Below, piece by piece: positions 10,041 through 19,640 of a stretch of DNA of 64,000 nt (positions are counted from its first letter, which is position 1; every line of letters begins with the position of its first letter). Below the pieces are notes generated by a model. That model searched no databases, had not been told where the DNA came from, and was given only the letters and a program-made list of their open reading frames with translations. The position numbers and the translations under genes were made by a program. This DNA is from an uncultured candidate division Zixibacteria bacterium (GTDB lineage: Bacteria; Zixibacteria; MSB-5A5; RBG-16-43-9), in assembly GCA_963713865.1 (NCBI GenBank), contig OY970208.1, positions 32,001-96,000 of the forward strand, written 5' to 3'.

Positions 10041-12647
10041 TTATTTTGTTTTTTCTTTTATTAATTCCTCAAACGCTGGATAACCAGTTAAATTCTTGTA
10101 CCAAGGGTGCAATTTTATGTATGCAGGACTGTAATAATTAATTTTCACCAAAAAATCCAGCATTTGCACTGCCTCTTCTTTTTGTCCGGTGAGCGAATAA
10201 ACGAAACTAAGAGGTAGAACAATGTCCCGCCCATATGCCCATTCAACAGTGAGCAGGAATTTCCCCAAACTCCTCCTCACTGTCTCTGCTTGCTCTAGAG
10301 CTTTTCTGGATTCTCCTTTTAATGCATAGGCTAAGGCTATTCTTAACCACTGATATATTCATTGGGCAGACCTTGAAATTCCTTGATTAAAGGTTGATTG
10401 AACTGGATACAGGAATCCAAATATATCTCCGCCTGATTCTTATCTCCTCTCATAAGTGCCAGGTAAGCCATTTCCTCAAAGTAATCTGATTCCGGGTTTT
10501 CACGGCGAGCTTCATTTAAGTAAAAAGAGGAACTGTCCTCCTTTCCTGACAACATAAAAATTTGCAGCCAAGTTCTCCAGTGCCCAACTCGAGTGCGGAT
10601 TTGTATTCAGCGCTTTATAGGCCATTCCTTTTGCTTGCTCCAACTCACCCCAGCGTATGTAGCAATCACTCATCTCAGAGTATGTAAACATATTGGGAGG
10701 TTGAACCTCCAATGCTTTGTTAAAATATTCCTCCGCCTTCTTCCTGTCTCCCCATAGTGAGTATAAATTTATCATATCCTCGAATAAGTAGGGTTCAGTA
10801 GGTTTCACCTCTAACGCTTTCACCAAAGCGCTTTCAGCTTTGGGATATTGACCAGTATTAATATACCAATGTCCCAAGGTCCTCCAGGCTTCTCCATAGT
10901 TGGGATTGGCTTTGACCGCTTTTTCTGCCTTTTGTATGGCTTTTTCGGTTTTCCCCTCGGTCCAGTATAGCCTGGAGAGAGCGCGATGAGCCTCAGCTAA
11001 ATTCGGGTCAAGAGCTAATGCCCTTAATCCAGATTTTTCAGCTTTCTCAAACCAGGATTTCTTGGGGTCGACAAGGGCCCCCACATAGCTGGAATAGCAG
11101 TCCGATAAACCGGCGTAGGCCAACGCAAAATTGGAATCAGTTTCCAAAGCTTTCTCAAACATCCTGGTTGATAGCTCAAGACCTTCTGCGTTAGACCATC
11201 CACTCCAATATTCTTCACGTCCCTGCAAATAATAGTTGTAGGCTTGCACATTCTGAGTGGGTTTTTTTTCAATCCTTTCCACTTCAATCGGAGCAAGGGC
11301 GACCTTCAATGCTTGAGCTACTGCCTTGGCTACATCTGCCTGAATGGCAAACAAATCCTCCATCTGCCTATCATAACTTTCTGCCCAAACGTGGAATCCA
11401 TCACTGGCTTTAATCAACTGGCAGGCGATCCTAATCTTTTCTCCGTATTTGCGGACAGATCCTTCCATTACGTAGTTAACCTTTAACTTGTCCGCTACCT
11501 CTCTAAGCTTGACCGTTTTACCCTTGAACTCCTCAACATCACTTCTGGAAAGTACTCGCAAACCCCCTATTTTGGATAACTGGGTGATAATATCTTCAGT
11601 CATTCCAGCCGCAAAATATTCATCCTCTTTGTTCTCGGAGAGATTCTGTAAATAAAGCACTGCTATAGAAGGTTTGCCAGAAACAGTAGGCGGCTCTTTT
11701 TGTTTCAGAAATGCAAAGTAAACTATTATCAGAATCAAAATTCCCAATACCCCAATCAACAATGGAATAGTCTTCCTTTTAACTACCTTTGGAGGCTCGG
11801 CTGGTTTTGTTGTTACGCCAGTTTTAACATACTCCAAATTCTTCCTCTCTTTTCTCAAATCTGCTAACAATTCATCAGCGTGTTGATACCTCTCCTCTTC
11901 ATCCTTGGCTAAGGCTTTGAAGACCATATCCTCTAACTTGGTGGAAACCTGATTGTTGAAACGGGCTATTGGCTGTGGTTCTTCGTTAATGATGGAATAG
12001 ATAACGGCTGCCTGATGCTCACCAGCAAAAGGCAATTTCCCGGTCAAAAGCTCATATAGAACAACTCCAAAAGAAAAAATATCGCTTCTCTGATCTACTT
12101 CTTCACCTTGAGCCTGCTCAGGTGACATATAGGCAAGAGTTCCTAAGGTCGATCGAGTCTTGGTCAGCTTAGTAGCTCCCTTTAGTTTCGCCAGCCCGAA
12201 ATCCATTATCTTCACCTGACCACGAGGTGTAAGCATTATGTTGTCTGATTTTATATCACGATGGACTATCTCCTTCTTGTGAGCGGCGGTTAAACCTTCA
12301 CAAACCTGAATTCCGATGTCTAAAACCTTCTTTATAGAAAGTGTCTCTTTTTCAATCATCTGTTTTAAAGTTCTACCTTCGCAGTATTCCATCACTATAA
12401 ACATCTGCCCTTCGAATTCATCAATCTCGTGGATGGTGGTGATGTTAGGATGATTCAAGGCAGAAGCAGACTGAGCCTCGTGGATAAAGCGTTCTTTTTC
12501 TTCTCCACTTTCGGAAATGTGAGGAGGCAGAAATTTCAAAGCCACGGTGCGTTTTAGCTTGGTGTCCTCTGCCTTGTAGACCACACCCATACCACCCTCA
12601 CCTAACTTTTCTAAAATCTTATAATGTGAGATTGTTTTACCTATCAT
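10041..12647 (-). CDS. Second Ser/Thr kinase-TM-TolB_N-like-TPR protein, C-terminus broken by two single-base indels (~10562, ~10347)
   Basis: Hanks kinase motifs, TM, SIAVLYLQNLS...YFAAGMTEDII domain, TPRs; ORFs 10343..10555 and 10041..10280 continue it after one-base shifts. Confidence 0.85.
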
Positions 12648-12659
12648 CTTTTATCCTTG

Positions 12660-12729
12660 GTAGCCGCAGACTTTAGTCTGCACTTTTATTTCTTTCAATA
12701 ACCAAACGCAAGCTAAAGCTTGCGGCTAC
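12660..12729. repeat. REP doublet (REPIN-like)
   Basis: GTAGCCGCAGACTTTAGTCTGC ... CGCAAGCTAAAGCTTGCGGCTAC in inverted orientation. Confidence 0.85.
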
Positions 12730-12734
12730 AGTGC

Positions 12735-14219
12735 TTATCCTTCCGGCTTCATCTGAGGGAAAAATATTACATCCCGTATAGAGGTGGAATTGGTAAAGAG
12801 CATTACTAATCTGTCAATCCCGACACCCAGTCCACCCGTAGGTGGCATTCCATATTCCATAGCTTTCAGGAAATCCTCATCTAATACCTGCGCCTCTTCA
12901 TCTCCCATCTGCTTGAACTTAGCCTGTTGTTCAAACCTTTCCCTTTGGTCCAGAGGGTCATTCAATTCAGAAAAAGCATTCATCAGCTCAAATCCGGCAA
13001 TAAAACCTTCAAACCTCTCAGTCAAGCCTTCTTTTTCACGATGTTTTTTAGCAAAAGGAGACATCTCCAAAGGATAATCTAATATAAAAGTCGGCTGAAT
13101 CAGATTTGGCTGAACTTTTTCATCGAAGATCGACTCTATAACCTTACCAATCCGGATAGAAGGCTCGCTTTTCAACCCTAAATCCTGGGCAAATTCCCTT
13201 ATCTTTTTTTCTTCTTCTCCAATGAGATTTTCTCCAGTAAACTTCTCAATCGATTCCCAGAAGGAAATCCTTCTCCAGGGAGGAGATAAATCGATTTCGT
13301 TATCTTGAAATTTTATCTTACTGGACTGAAAATTTTCCTGCGAGATGAAGTTGAAAAGCTTCTCGCAGAGCTCCATTATATCATTATAATCCGCATAAGC
13401 CTGATACAATTCCAGCATCGAGAATTCAGGGTTATGATTTTTATCCATCCCTTCGTTCCTGAAATCCTTGCAAACCTCATACACCTTTTCAAGTCCACCA
13501 ATGATTAACCTTTTCAAGTAAAGCTCATCTGCAATCCTTAAATACAAATCTATATCTAAGGCATTATGATGGGTGATAAAAGGTCTGGCAAAAGCACCAC
13601 CATAGATTGGCTGTAAAATTGGAGTCTCAACTTCTAAAAATCCCTGGTTGTCTAAAAATTTTCTCATCGAGGTTAAGATTTTAGTCCTCAGAACAAAAGT
13701 GTTTTTCACGTCAGGATTAGTAATCAAGTCCAAATACCTCTGTCTGTATCGAAGTTCTTTATCTTGTAATCCATGCCATTTTTCAGGAAGAGGATGTAAA
13801 GATTTTGAGAGAAGCTGAAAATCCTTTGCCCGGATAGTTTTCTCACCGGTTTTGGTCAGGAAAACTTTCCCTGTAACCCCGATAAAATCCCCAAGATCGA
13901 AAAGCTCAAACAGCTTATATTTCTCCTCCCCCACCTCATCTAACTTAACATATACCTGAATCTTTCCCTCACTGTCCAGCAGGTGAAAGAAAAGACTCTT
14001 ACCATGAGATCTTAAGGAGATTATCCTGCCACAAGCTTTAACTTCCCTATCTTCAGTTTGCAGTTTCTCAAAATTATCCAGGATTTCTTTAGAGATATGT
14101 GTTCTTTTAAAGAGATAAGGATATGGATTGATATTCTTCTCTTTCAGGGTTTTGAGTTTTTCCCGTCGATGTAAAAGTAGTTCGCTTAACTCTTGTTCTG
14201 ATTTAGGTTGTTCGGACAA
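12735..14219 (-). CDS. lysS: Lysine--tRNA ligase (class II)
   Basis: RYRQRYLDL, FRNEG, HNPEF, YGMPPTGGLGVGIDRL; TTG start with AGGAG RBS. Confidence 0.97.
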   Translation of the reverse strand: MSEQPKSEQELSELLLHRREKLKTLKEKNINPYPYLFKRTHISKEILDNFEKLQTEDREVKACGRIISLRSHGKSLFFHLLDSEGKIQVYVKLDEVGEEKYKLFELFDLGDFIGVTGKVFLTKTGEKTIRAKDFQLLSKSLHPLPEKWHGLQDKELRYRQRYLDLITNPDVKNTFVLRTKILTSMRKFLDNQGFLEVETPILQPIYGGAFARPFITHHNALDIDLYLRIADELYLKRLIIGGLEKVYEVCKDFRNEGMDKNHNPEFSMLELYQAYADYNDIMELCEKLFNFISQENFQSSKIKFQDNEIDLSPPWRRISFWESIEKFTGENLIGEEEKKIREFAQDLGLKSEPSIRIGKVIESIFDEKVQPNLIQPTFILDYPLEMSPFAKKHREKEGLTERFEGFIAGFELMNAFSELNDPLDQRERFEQQAKFKQMGDEEAQVLDEDFLKAMEYGMPPTGGLGVGIDRLVMLFTNSTSIRDVIFFPQMKPEG

Positions 14220-14379
14220 TTTTCATTCTCCTTTATGATAAATTCTTAATAATTAATCTTCTGTTGAAATATAAAGAAAAGGGAATGAGGTGTCAAGGGG
14301 GACAGAAAATAATGACAAATAACAAATGACAGATGACGAATAAAAGATTAAAAATGATGGATGATGGATTAAAAATAGA

Positions 14380-14612
14380 TCCCCTCTCCTTCAGGAGATG
14401 GTCAGGTTGAAAATCCCGCCATAGGCGGGGGTGAGGTCAATTTGTAGCGTCCATCTGGACGAAAAAAAACGTTTGGGATAAACCCAGACGCTACATTTTT
14501 GCGACTCTTAAAGAGTCTGGCTGGAGCAGGAGTTCAACTCCTGCTCCAAGATGTGGACAGAACACTGTTCTGTCCCTACAAATATTCTTGCGACCTTAAA
14601 AGGTCGCACTAC
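14380..14612. repeat. Mosaic of at least five palindrome families
   Basis: CCCTCTCC-type, GTAGCGTC-type, GGAGCAGGAGTTCAACTCCTGCTCC, GGACAGAACACTGTTCTGTCCCTAC, TGCGACCTTAAAAGGTCGCACTAC. Confidence 0.85.
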
Positions 14613-14621
14613 AAATTATGG

Positions 14622-15317
14622 CTAATACTTCTTAAACACCGTCTTCATCTTCAACCGGGCAATGGCGCCGCTCGGATCTAAATCCTTGGGACAAACCTTC
14701 TGGCAGTTAAAGACGGTATGGCATCTAAAGACCCCGTTTTCTCTGGCGACAACCGCAATCCTTTCTTTTGCACCTCCATCCCTGGAATCATCCACAAATC
14801 TCAAAGCTTTTAGCAGAGCATGAGGTCCTAAATAGTTTTCATCTTTCCCCGCAACGGGGCAGGAGCCATAACAGGCACCGCATAAAATACAATCCAGCCA
14901 GGCATCGATCCTTTTCCTCTGTTCGATCGACTGAATATACTCCTTCTGGGGTGGGGTTTCCTTAGGGATAAAATATGGCTTGATCTCATTGAAATGCTCA
15001 AAAAAAGGACCTAAATCTGCTACTAAATCTTTCAAGATCGGAAGATGAGATAAAGGTCTTAAAGTGATCTTATCTCCCATTACCGAGATCTGGGTTTTGC
15101 AGGCTAAGCGGTACATATCATTTATGTGCATAGCGCAGGAGCCGCATACCGCTTCCCGGCAGGAAGCCCGGTAAGCTACGGACGGATCCATGTTCTCATT
15201 TATATAGATCAATCCTTCTAAGATCGTCATCCCTTTCTCTGGCTCAAATTTATAATTCTGAAAATAAGGCTCCCCCCCTTTATCCGGATCGTATCTAAAG
15301 ATATTGAATTCAACCAT
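14622..15317 (-). CDS. sdhB: Succinate dehydrogenase/fumarate reductase iron-sulfur subunit
   Basis: CREAVCGSC, CILCGACYGSCP and CHTVFNCQKVCP cluster motifs. Confidence 0.93.
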   Translation of the reverse strand: MVEFNIFRYDPDKGGEPYFQNYKFEPEKGMTILEGLIYINENMDPSVAYRASCREAVCGSCAMHINDMYRLACKTQISVMGDKITLRPLSHLPILKDLVADLGPFFEHFNEIKPYFIPKETPPQKEYIQSIEQRKRIDAWLDCILCGACYGSCPVAGKDENYLGPHALLKALRFVDDSRDGGAKERIAVVARENGVFRCHTVFNCQKVCPKDLDPSGAIARLKMKTVFKKY

Positions 15318-15318
15318 A

Positions 15319-17019
15319 TTAATATTTCCTCTCCTCGGGTTTATATTTGGTTATCTTGACCGGTGAATAATCCAAACGCGGTCCGGTCTCGGCGAAATAG
15401 GTTAAAGTATGTTTGAGCCAGTTGGCATCATCCCTGGTCTTGAAATCGCTTCGGAAATGAGAACCACGGCTCTCCTTGCGGGTCAAAGCCCCTGAAGCAA
15501 TCGCTTCAGCCACATCCAGGTTCCCTTTCATATCATAAAAACCTATGATATCGTAATTATACCTTTTACCGTTAAAAGCCGGTTTGAGCTTTTTTGATCT
15601 TTCTTTAAGTTCTTTGACCTGCTCCAGGCCTTTAGCCATATCCTGTTCATTTCTGAAAATCCCCAATTTATCCACCATCACCTGTGAGAGCTCACTTTTA
15701 ATCTTATAAGGATTCCCCTCACCCGTTCCTTTTTTCCACTGGGCAACCCGGCTTTCCTCTCTTCTCGAAGCCTCTTCCAACACCTTTATTTTTGGTCCCT
15801 TCTCTTTATCCTTCACATATTCGGAAGCTTTCTTACCAGCTCTGGAACCATAGACGATAGTATCTAAAAGGGAGTTCCCACCCAAGCGGTTTGCCCCGTG
15901 CATACTCACACAGGCACATTCACCAGCTGCATATAACCCTTTCATCCTGCAGGCACCATCGATATCCGTGTCTATTCCACCCATACTGTAATGCGTGCCT
16001 GGAGTTATAGGTATAGGCTCATCGATTGGATCTATCCCGATGAAGTTTAAACATATATCCCTTATCCCGGGCAGCCTCTCCATAATCTTGGCAGCACCTA
16101 AATGCCGTAAATCTAAATGGATTGAGCCATCCGGAAATCCTCTCCCCTGGAGTATCTCTGTCTGGATCGACCGCGAAACTATGTCTCTGGGACCTAACTC
16201 CATCACCGTCTCCGAAACATAATTTTTCATAAACCTTTCACCCTTATTATTGATCAGATAACCACCCTCTCCCCGGCAACCTTCAGTCATAAGAATATGA
16301 GATTTGGCTAAACTGGTAGGATGAAACTGCACGAACTCCATATCTTTTAAAGGGACGCCTGCCCAGTAAGGGGCTGCCATTGCCAGACCGGTATTGGTCA
16401 GGGCATTGGTGGTATTTGAATAGATTCTGCCGATACCTCCAGTACCGAAGATAACCGCATTAGCACCCATTGGAACCAACTCTCCGGAATCAGGATCATA
16501 AGCTATAACTCCATAACAATTATCTCCGTCCGCACCTAAAGCAAAGACCACCCATTCCTCATAAACCCTGACCTTCTCCTTGATAATCTGTTCATATAGA
16601 GTCTGCAGCAAATATAAACCGGTTTTATCGGTCGCATAACAGGTACGGGGGTATCCTGCACCTCCAAAGGGTCGCTGTGCGACTTTCCCTTCAGGGGTTC
16701 GGCTAAAAGGACAACCCCAGTGCTCCATCTCAAAAATAGTCTCAGGTCCTTGATAAGTCAAATACTCTGATGCATCCTGATCAGCTAAGAAATCGCTTCC
16801 TTTTATCGTGTCAAAGGCATGTTTGTCAATCGTATCATCCTTTCCCTTCTCCACATTGGCTAAAGCCGCATTTATTCCGCCTTGTGCTTCGCCCGAATGC
16901 GATCTCATCGGATGGACCCGGGATATTATAGCCACATCCTTGACCTTCTTGGCCGCTTCTATTGCCGCTCTCATCCCGGCTAACCCCCCACCTACTATTA
17001 ATATTTCATGAAATATCAT
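15319..17019 (-). CDS. sdhA: Succinate dehydrogenase/fumarate reductase flavoprotein subunit (likely start MIFHEIL at 17019)
   Basis: GGGLAG, RSHSGEAQGG (FAD-binding His), QFHPT, HGANRLGGNSL. Confidence 0.94.
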   Translation of the reverse strand: MIFHEILIVGGGLAGMRAAIEAAKKVKDVAIISRVHPMRSHSGEAQGGINAALANVEKGKDDTIDKHAFDTIKGSDFLADQDASEYLTYQGPETIFEMEHWGCPFSRTPEGKVAQRPFGGAGYPRTCYATDKTGLYLLQTLYEQIIKEKVRVYEEWVVFALGADGDNCYGVIAYDPDSGELVPMGANAVIFGTGGIGRIYSNTTNALTNTGLAMAAPYWAGVPLKDMEFVQFHPTSLAKSHILMTEGCRGEGGYLINNKGERFMKNYVSETVMELGPRDIVSRSIQTEILQGRGFPDGSIHLDLRHLGAAKIMERLPGIRDICLNFIGIDPIDEPIPITPGTHYSMGGIDTDIDGACRMKGLYAAGECACVSMHGANRLGGNSLLDTIVYGSRAGKKASEYVKDKEKGPKIKVLEEASRREESRVAQWKKGTGEGNPYKIKSELSQVMVDKLGIFRNEQDMAKGLEQVKELKERSKKLKPAFNGKRYNYDIIGFYDMKGNLDVAEAIASGALTRKESRGSHFRSDFKTRDDANWLKHTLTYFAETGPRLDYSPVKITKYKPEERKY

Positions 17020-17035
17020 CTTTCCTCTCTCCTTT

Positions 17036-17440
17036 TTAGTGTGCCAGAACCCTGGGGACAAATACGACCACCGTGATCACCATCACCAGTAAAAATATTA
17101 TCATTGCCACCCATAAAAGCCCTTTATGCTGTTTGGTCATAAAGAAAAAGTCAGCTATGGTTATCCTTAATCCATTCAACAGATGAAAAGCCACTGCCCC
17201 GACCAAGAAGATCTCCAGAAAATGAAACAGGGGAGTCTGAACGGATTTAGTCCAGAAGTCAAACTTTTCAGTTGAGCCGGTTAGAAAATAAGAGCTGGTG
17301 ACTAAGAAATGAGGAAAAAGATATAAGAAAAGCACTACCCCGGCTATCCGGTGTAAAAACCAGGACCAGGTACCCACATTCGGGTTTAAGTTAATCTCTT
17401 TGAAATAATGCCCTATTAAACCAGGTTTTTTATTATACAT
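17036..17440 (-). CDS. sdhC: Succinate dehydrogenase cytochrome b556 subunit
   Basis: HRIAG and FHLLNGLRI motifs, three TMs. Confidence 0.85.
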   Translation of the reverse strand: MYNKKPGLIGHYFKEINLNPNVGTWSWFLHRIAGVVLFLYLFPHFLVTSSYFLTGSTEKFDFWTKSVQTPLFHFLEIFLVGAVAFHLLNGLRITIADFFFMTKQHKGLLWVAMIIFLLVMVITVVVFVPRVLAH

Positions 17441-17442
17441 CT

Positions 17443-17805
17443 TCAGGCTCCTTTTCTCAAAAGTTGATTAACTGCCAGATACCCATAGATGCACATAAAT
17501 ATACCCACTATCCAGAGCAGAACTTTAATCCCTTTGCCTGCACCTTTAGAAGGGCGGTAATCTTCAATTATCCCCCAGAAACCGTTAAAACCGTGAAAAA
17601 TCGCAACCGGCACAAAAAATAGGTAGAAGATCTGCCACCAGGTACTGGAATGAAGCCTGTCTGTTACCACCTGAAAATCCAGGTGCCATTTATCCGTCAG
17701 GTGAAGCACCTTAAGGTGCATAATCAGGAAGAAAGCCAGGAAAAGCCCGGTGATCCTCTGAAGGAACCATCCATAAGCCCCGCCTGAACTTACCCTTTCA
17801 TCCAT
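17443..17805 (-). CDS. sdhD: Succinate dehydrogenase hydrophobic anchor subunit
   Basis: WFLQRITG and FHGFNGFWGIIEDY motifs, three TMs. Confidence 0.82.
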   Translation of the reverse strand: MDERVSSGGAYGWFLQRITGLFLAFFLIMHLKVLHLTDKWHLDFQVVTDRLHSSTWWQIFYLFFVPVAIFHGFNGFWGIIEDYRPSKGAGKGIKVLLWIVGIFMCIYGYLAVNQLLRKGA

Positions 17806-17827
17806 AGAGGAACTCCTTTTTAAAAGT

Positions 17828-17845
17828 TTGTTACTTTTATCACAA
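17828..17845. promoter_or_regulatory. Rex/CRP-like operator in the sdh leader
   Basis: TTGTTACTTTTATCACAA versus Rex consensus TTGTGAAnnnnTTCACAA; lies between a minus-strand TTGACT..TAAATT promoter and the sdhD RBS. Confidence 0.5.
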
Positions 17846-17899
17846 ATTGTCTTAATTTACATTTTTCCTTTTCCAAAAGTCAACAAAAAAATAAAAAAA

Positions 17900-19346
17900 T
17901 GTTATAGCAAGATTAAAATGTCCTAATTTCTACAAAGTTAAAATGTCCTGTTTTCATGTTTTAGTTAATAGTAGCTTTTGTTCTTTTTGTTCATAAGGTC
18001 TATATTGTGAATTAACCTTAAACTTCCGCCAGGGATGATCCACTGGAGGTATATAAGCCGTTTTGAGTTTTAATATGGGTAGTTTTGGAGTTTCTTTTTC
18101 TCTCTTAGGCCTGATGATAATCTCTTTAAACTTCAAGATGGTATCTTTATAGGTAATTAGCATAGAGCCATCTATCATATCTTCTACTATCACATTGTTA
18201 GTTCTTACATTATCCTTTATCTGATAGAGCCTGTTATTATGCGCTACCGTGAAGTCGTTCCTTAAAGCCCTTTCGGTCTTAAAGCATAGTATTCGATCCA
18301 GGTTAAGAGCTATGGGAACAGGTCTATGAAGATCAAGCTCTTCTGCCGCCCTAAAGCTGAATCGCTTATTATATATGGGCAGGTAGTATCTTAAGAGTCG
18401 ATTGGCTTCTTCTATGGTCTTAATACCTCTTAGCCTCATCTCCTTTATTAGGCGATCCTGGAAAGTCCTGAATTGTCTCTCTATCCTCCCCTTAGCCTGA
18501 GGAGAATGGGCATAGATAATCTTAACTCCCAATTCCTTAAAAGCTCTGGCAACCTCACTCAACGGCTCTATTCCCTTAAGCTGGTCTTCTATAGAAGGCT
18601 TCTTAGTTGATTTATATGTGGTATGCTTGTCTAAATATATGCTCAGCGGAATACCATATTTTTTGATATAACGTTTAAAACTGTCCATAGCTGGAATGGT
18701 GCCTTCATAAGGATAAAATCTTGCAAAGACATTACCGGTAGCGTCATCCACATAACCCATAAGAACACATTCCGGACCCCTGCTCTCCAGCCAATCATGA
18801 TGAGAACCGTCCAGCTGGATCATCTCGCCAAAATAACGCCTCCTCTGACGCCACTGACGATGAGCCTTTCTCTTTCGACCCCGGTACTCTATCCCTTTCT
18901 CCTTGAGCCAGTTCCTTAAGGTCTCTCGACTTAAACCTATCTTGTCTATCTCTAAAAGCTTCTCTGTCGCTAAGGTCGGACCAAATCCTGCATATCTCTC
19001 CTCATAAAGCTCAAGAACCCTTGTCTTTATCATATCCGGTGTCATATTATGCGATGGTTTTCCTCGAGATCTGTGGACTATACCTCGGTCGCCTTCTTCT
19101 ATCACCCGCTTTATTATTCTTCTGACCTGCCTATCGCTTAAACCTAATATCCCAGCTGCCTCTACTTGAGTTAAACCCTTGTCAATTGCCTGGTGAATCA
19201 CATTTATCCTCTTTAGCTCCTCCTGGCTCATCTTTATTATGTCCTTCCCTGCCATAATATCCTCCTTTGGAAAAAGATACTATGGCAATCTCTAAATAGG
19301 ACATTTCTGCTTTGCTAAAACAGGACATTATTATATTGCGATTACA
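17900..19346 (-). mobile_element. IS1202-family (ISNCY) insertion sequence
   Basis: Ends TGT...ACA, repeated subterminal AATGTCCT / AGGACATT motifs at both ends, flanked by direct repeat CAAAAAAATAAAAAAA (17884..17899 and 19347..19362). Confidence 0.9.
17954..19255 (-). CDS. ISNCY/IS1202-family DDE transposase
   Basis: N-terminal HTH, GEMIQLDGSHHDW, VDDATG, YLDKH, SPQAKGRIER, HPWR tail. Confidence 0.93.
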   Translation of the reverse strand: MAGKDIIKMSQEELKRINVIHQAIDKGLTQVEAAGILGLSDRQVRRIIKRVIEEGDRGIVHRSRGKPSHNMTPDMIKTRVLELYEERYAGFGPTLATEKLLEIDKIGLSRETLRNWLKEKGIEYRGRKRKAHRQWRQRRRYFGEMIQLDGSHHDWLESRGPECVLMGYVDDATGNVFARFYPYEGTIPAMDSFKRYIKKYGIPLSIYLDKHTTYKSTKKPSIEDQLKGIEPLSEVARAFKELGVKIIYAHSPQAKGRIERQFRTFQDRLIKEMRLRGIKTIEEANRLLRYYLPIYNKRFSFRAAEELDLHRPVPIALNLDRILCFKTERALRNDFTVAHNNRLYQIKDNVRTNNVIVEDMIDGSMLITYKDTILKFKEIIIRPKREKETPKLPILKLKTAYIPPVDHPWRKFKVNSQYRPYEQKEQKLLLTKT

Positions 19347-19640
19347 CAAAAAAATAAAAAAACTGTAGGAACAGAATCCGCCTGAGGTGGATTCTGTCCT
19401 TACTCTTTTTTGCGACCCTGTTCTACGGTGGTTACGAGCCCGCCCGAAGGGCACCAGACGTAGTCTCCGTTATTAGGAAAAGGGCCCGCACTACGATTTA
19501 ATCAGATTCGATTTAATGAACCCAACTCTTTTTTATCGAACAGCCAATAGCTAACCGCGAATCGCGAACCAACAAACCCCTTGTATTTTCAGCCATCTGA
19601 AGTTAAATTGATTTGATTTATTTTTATTTTGAGGTAATTA

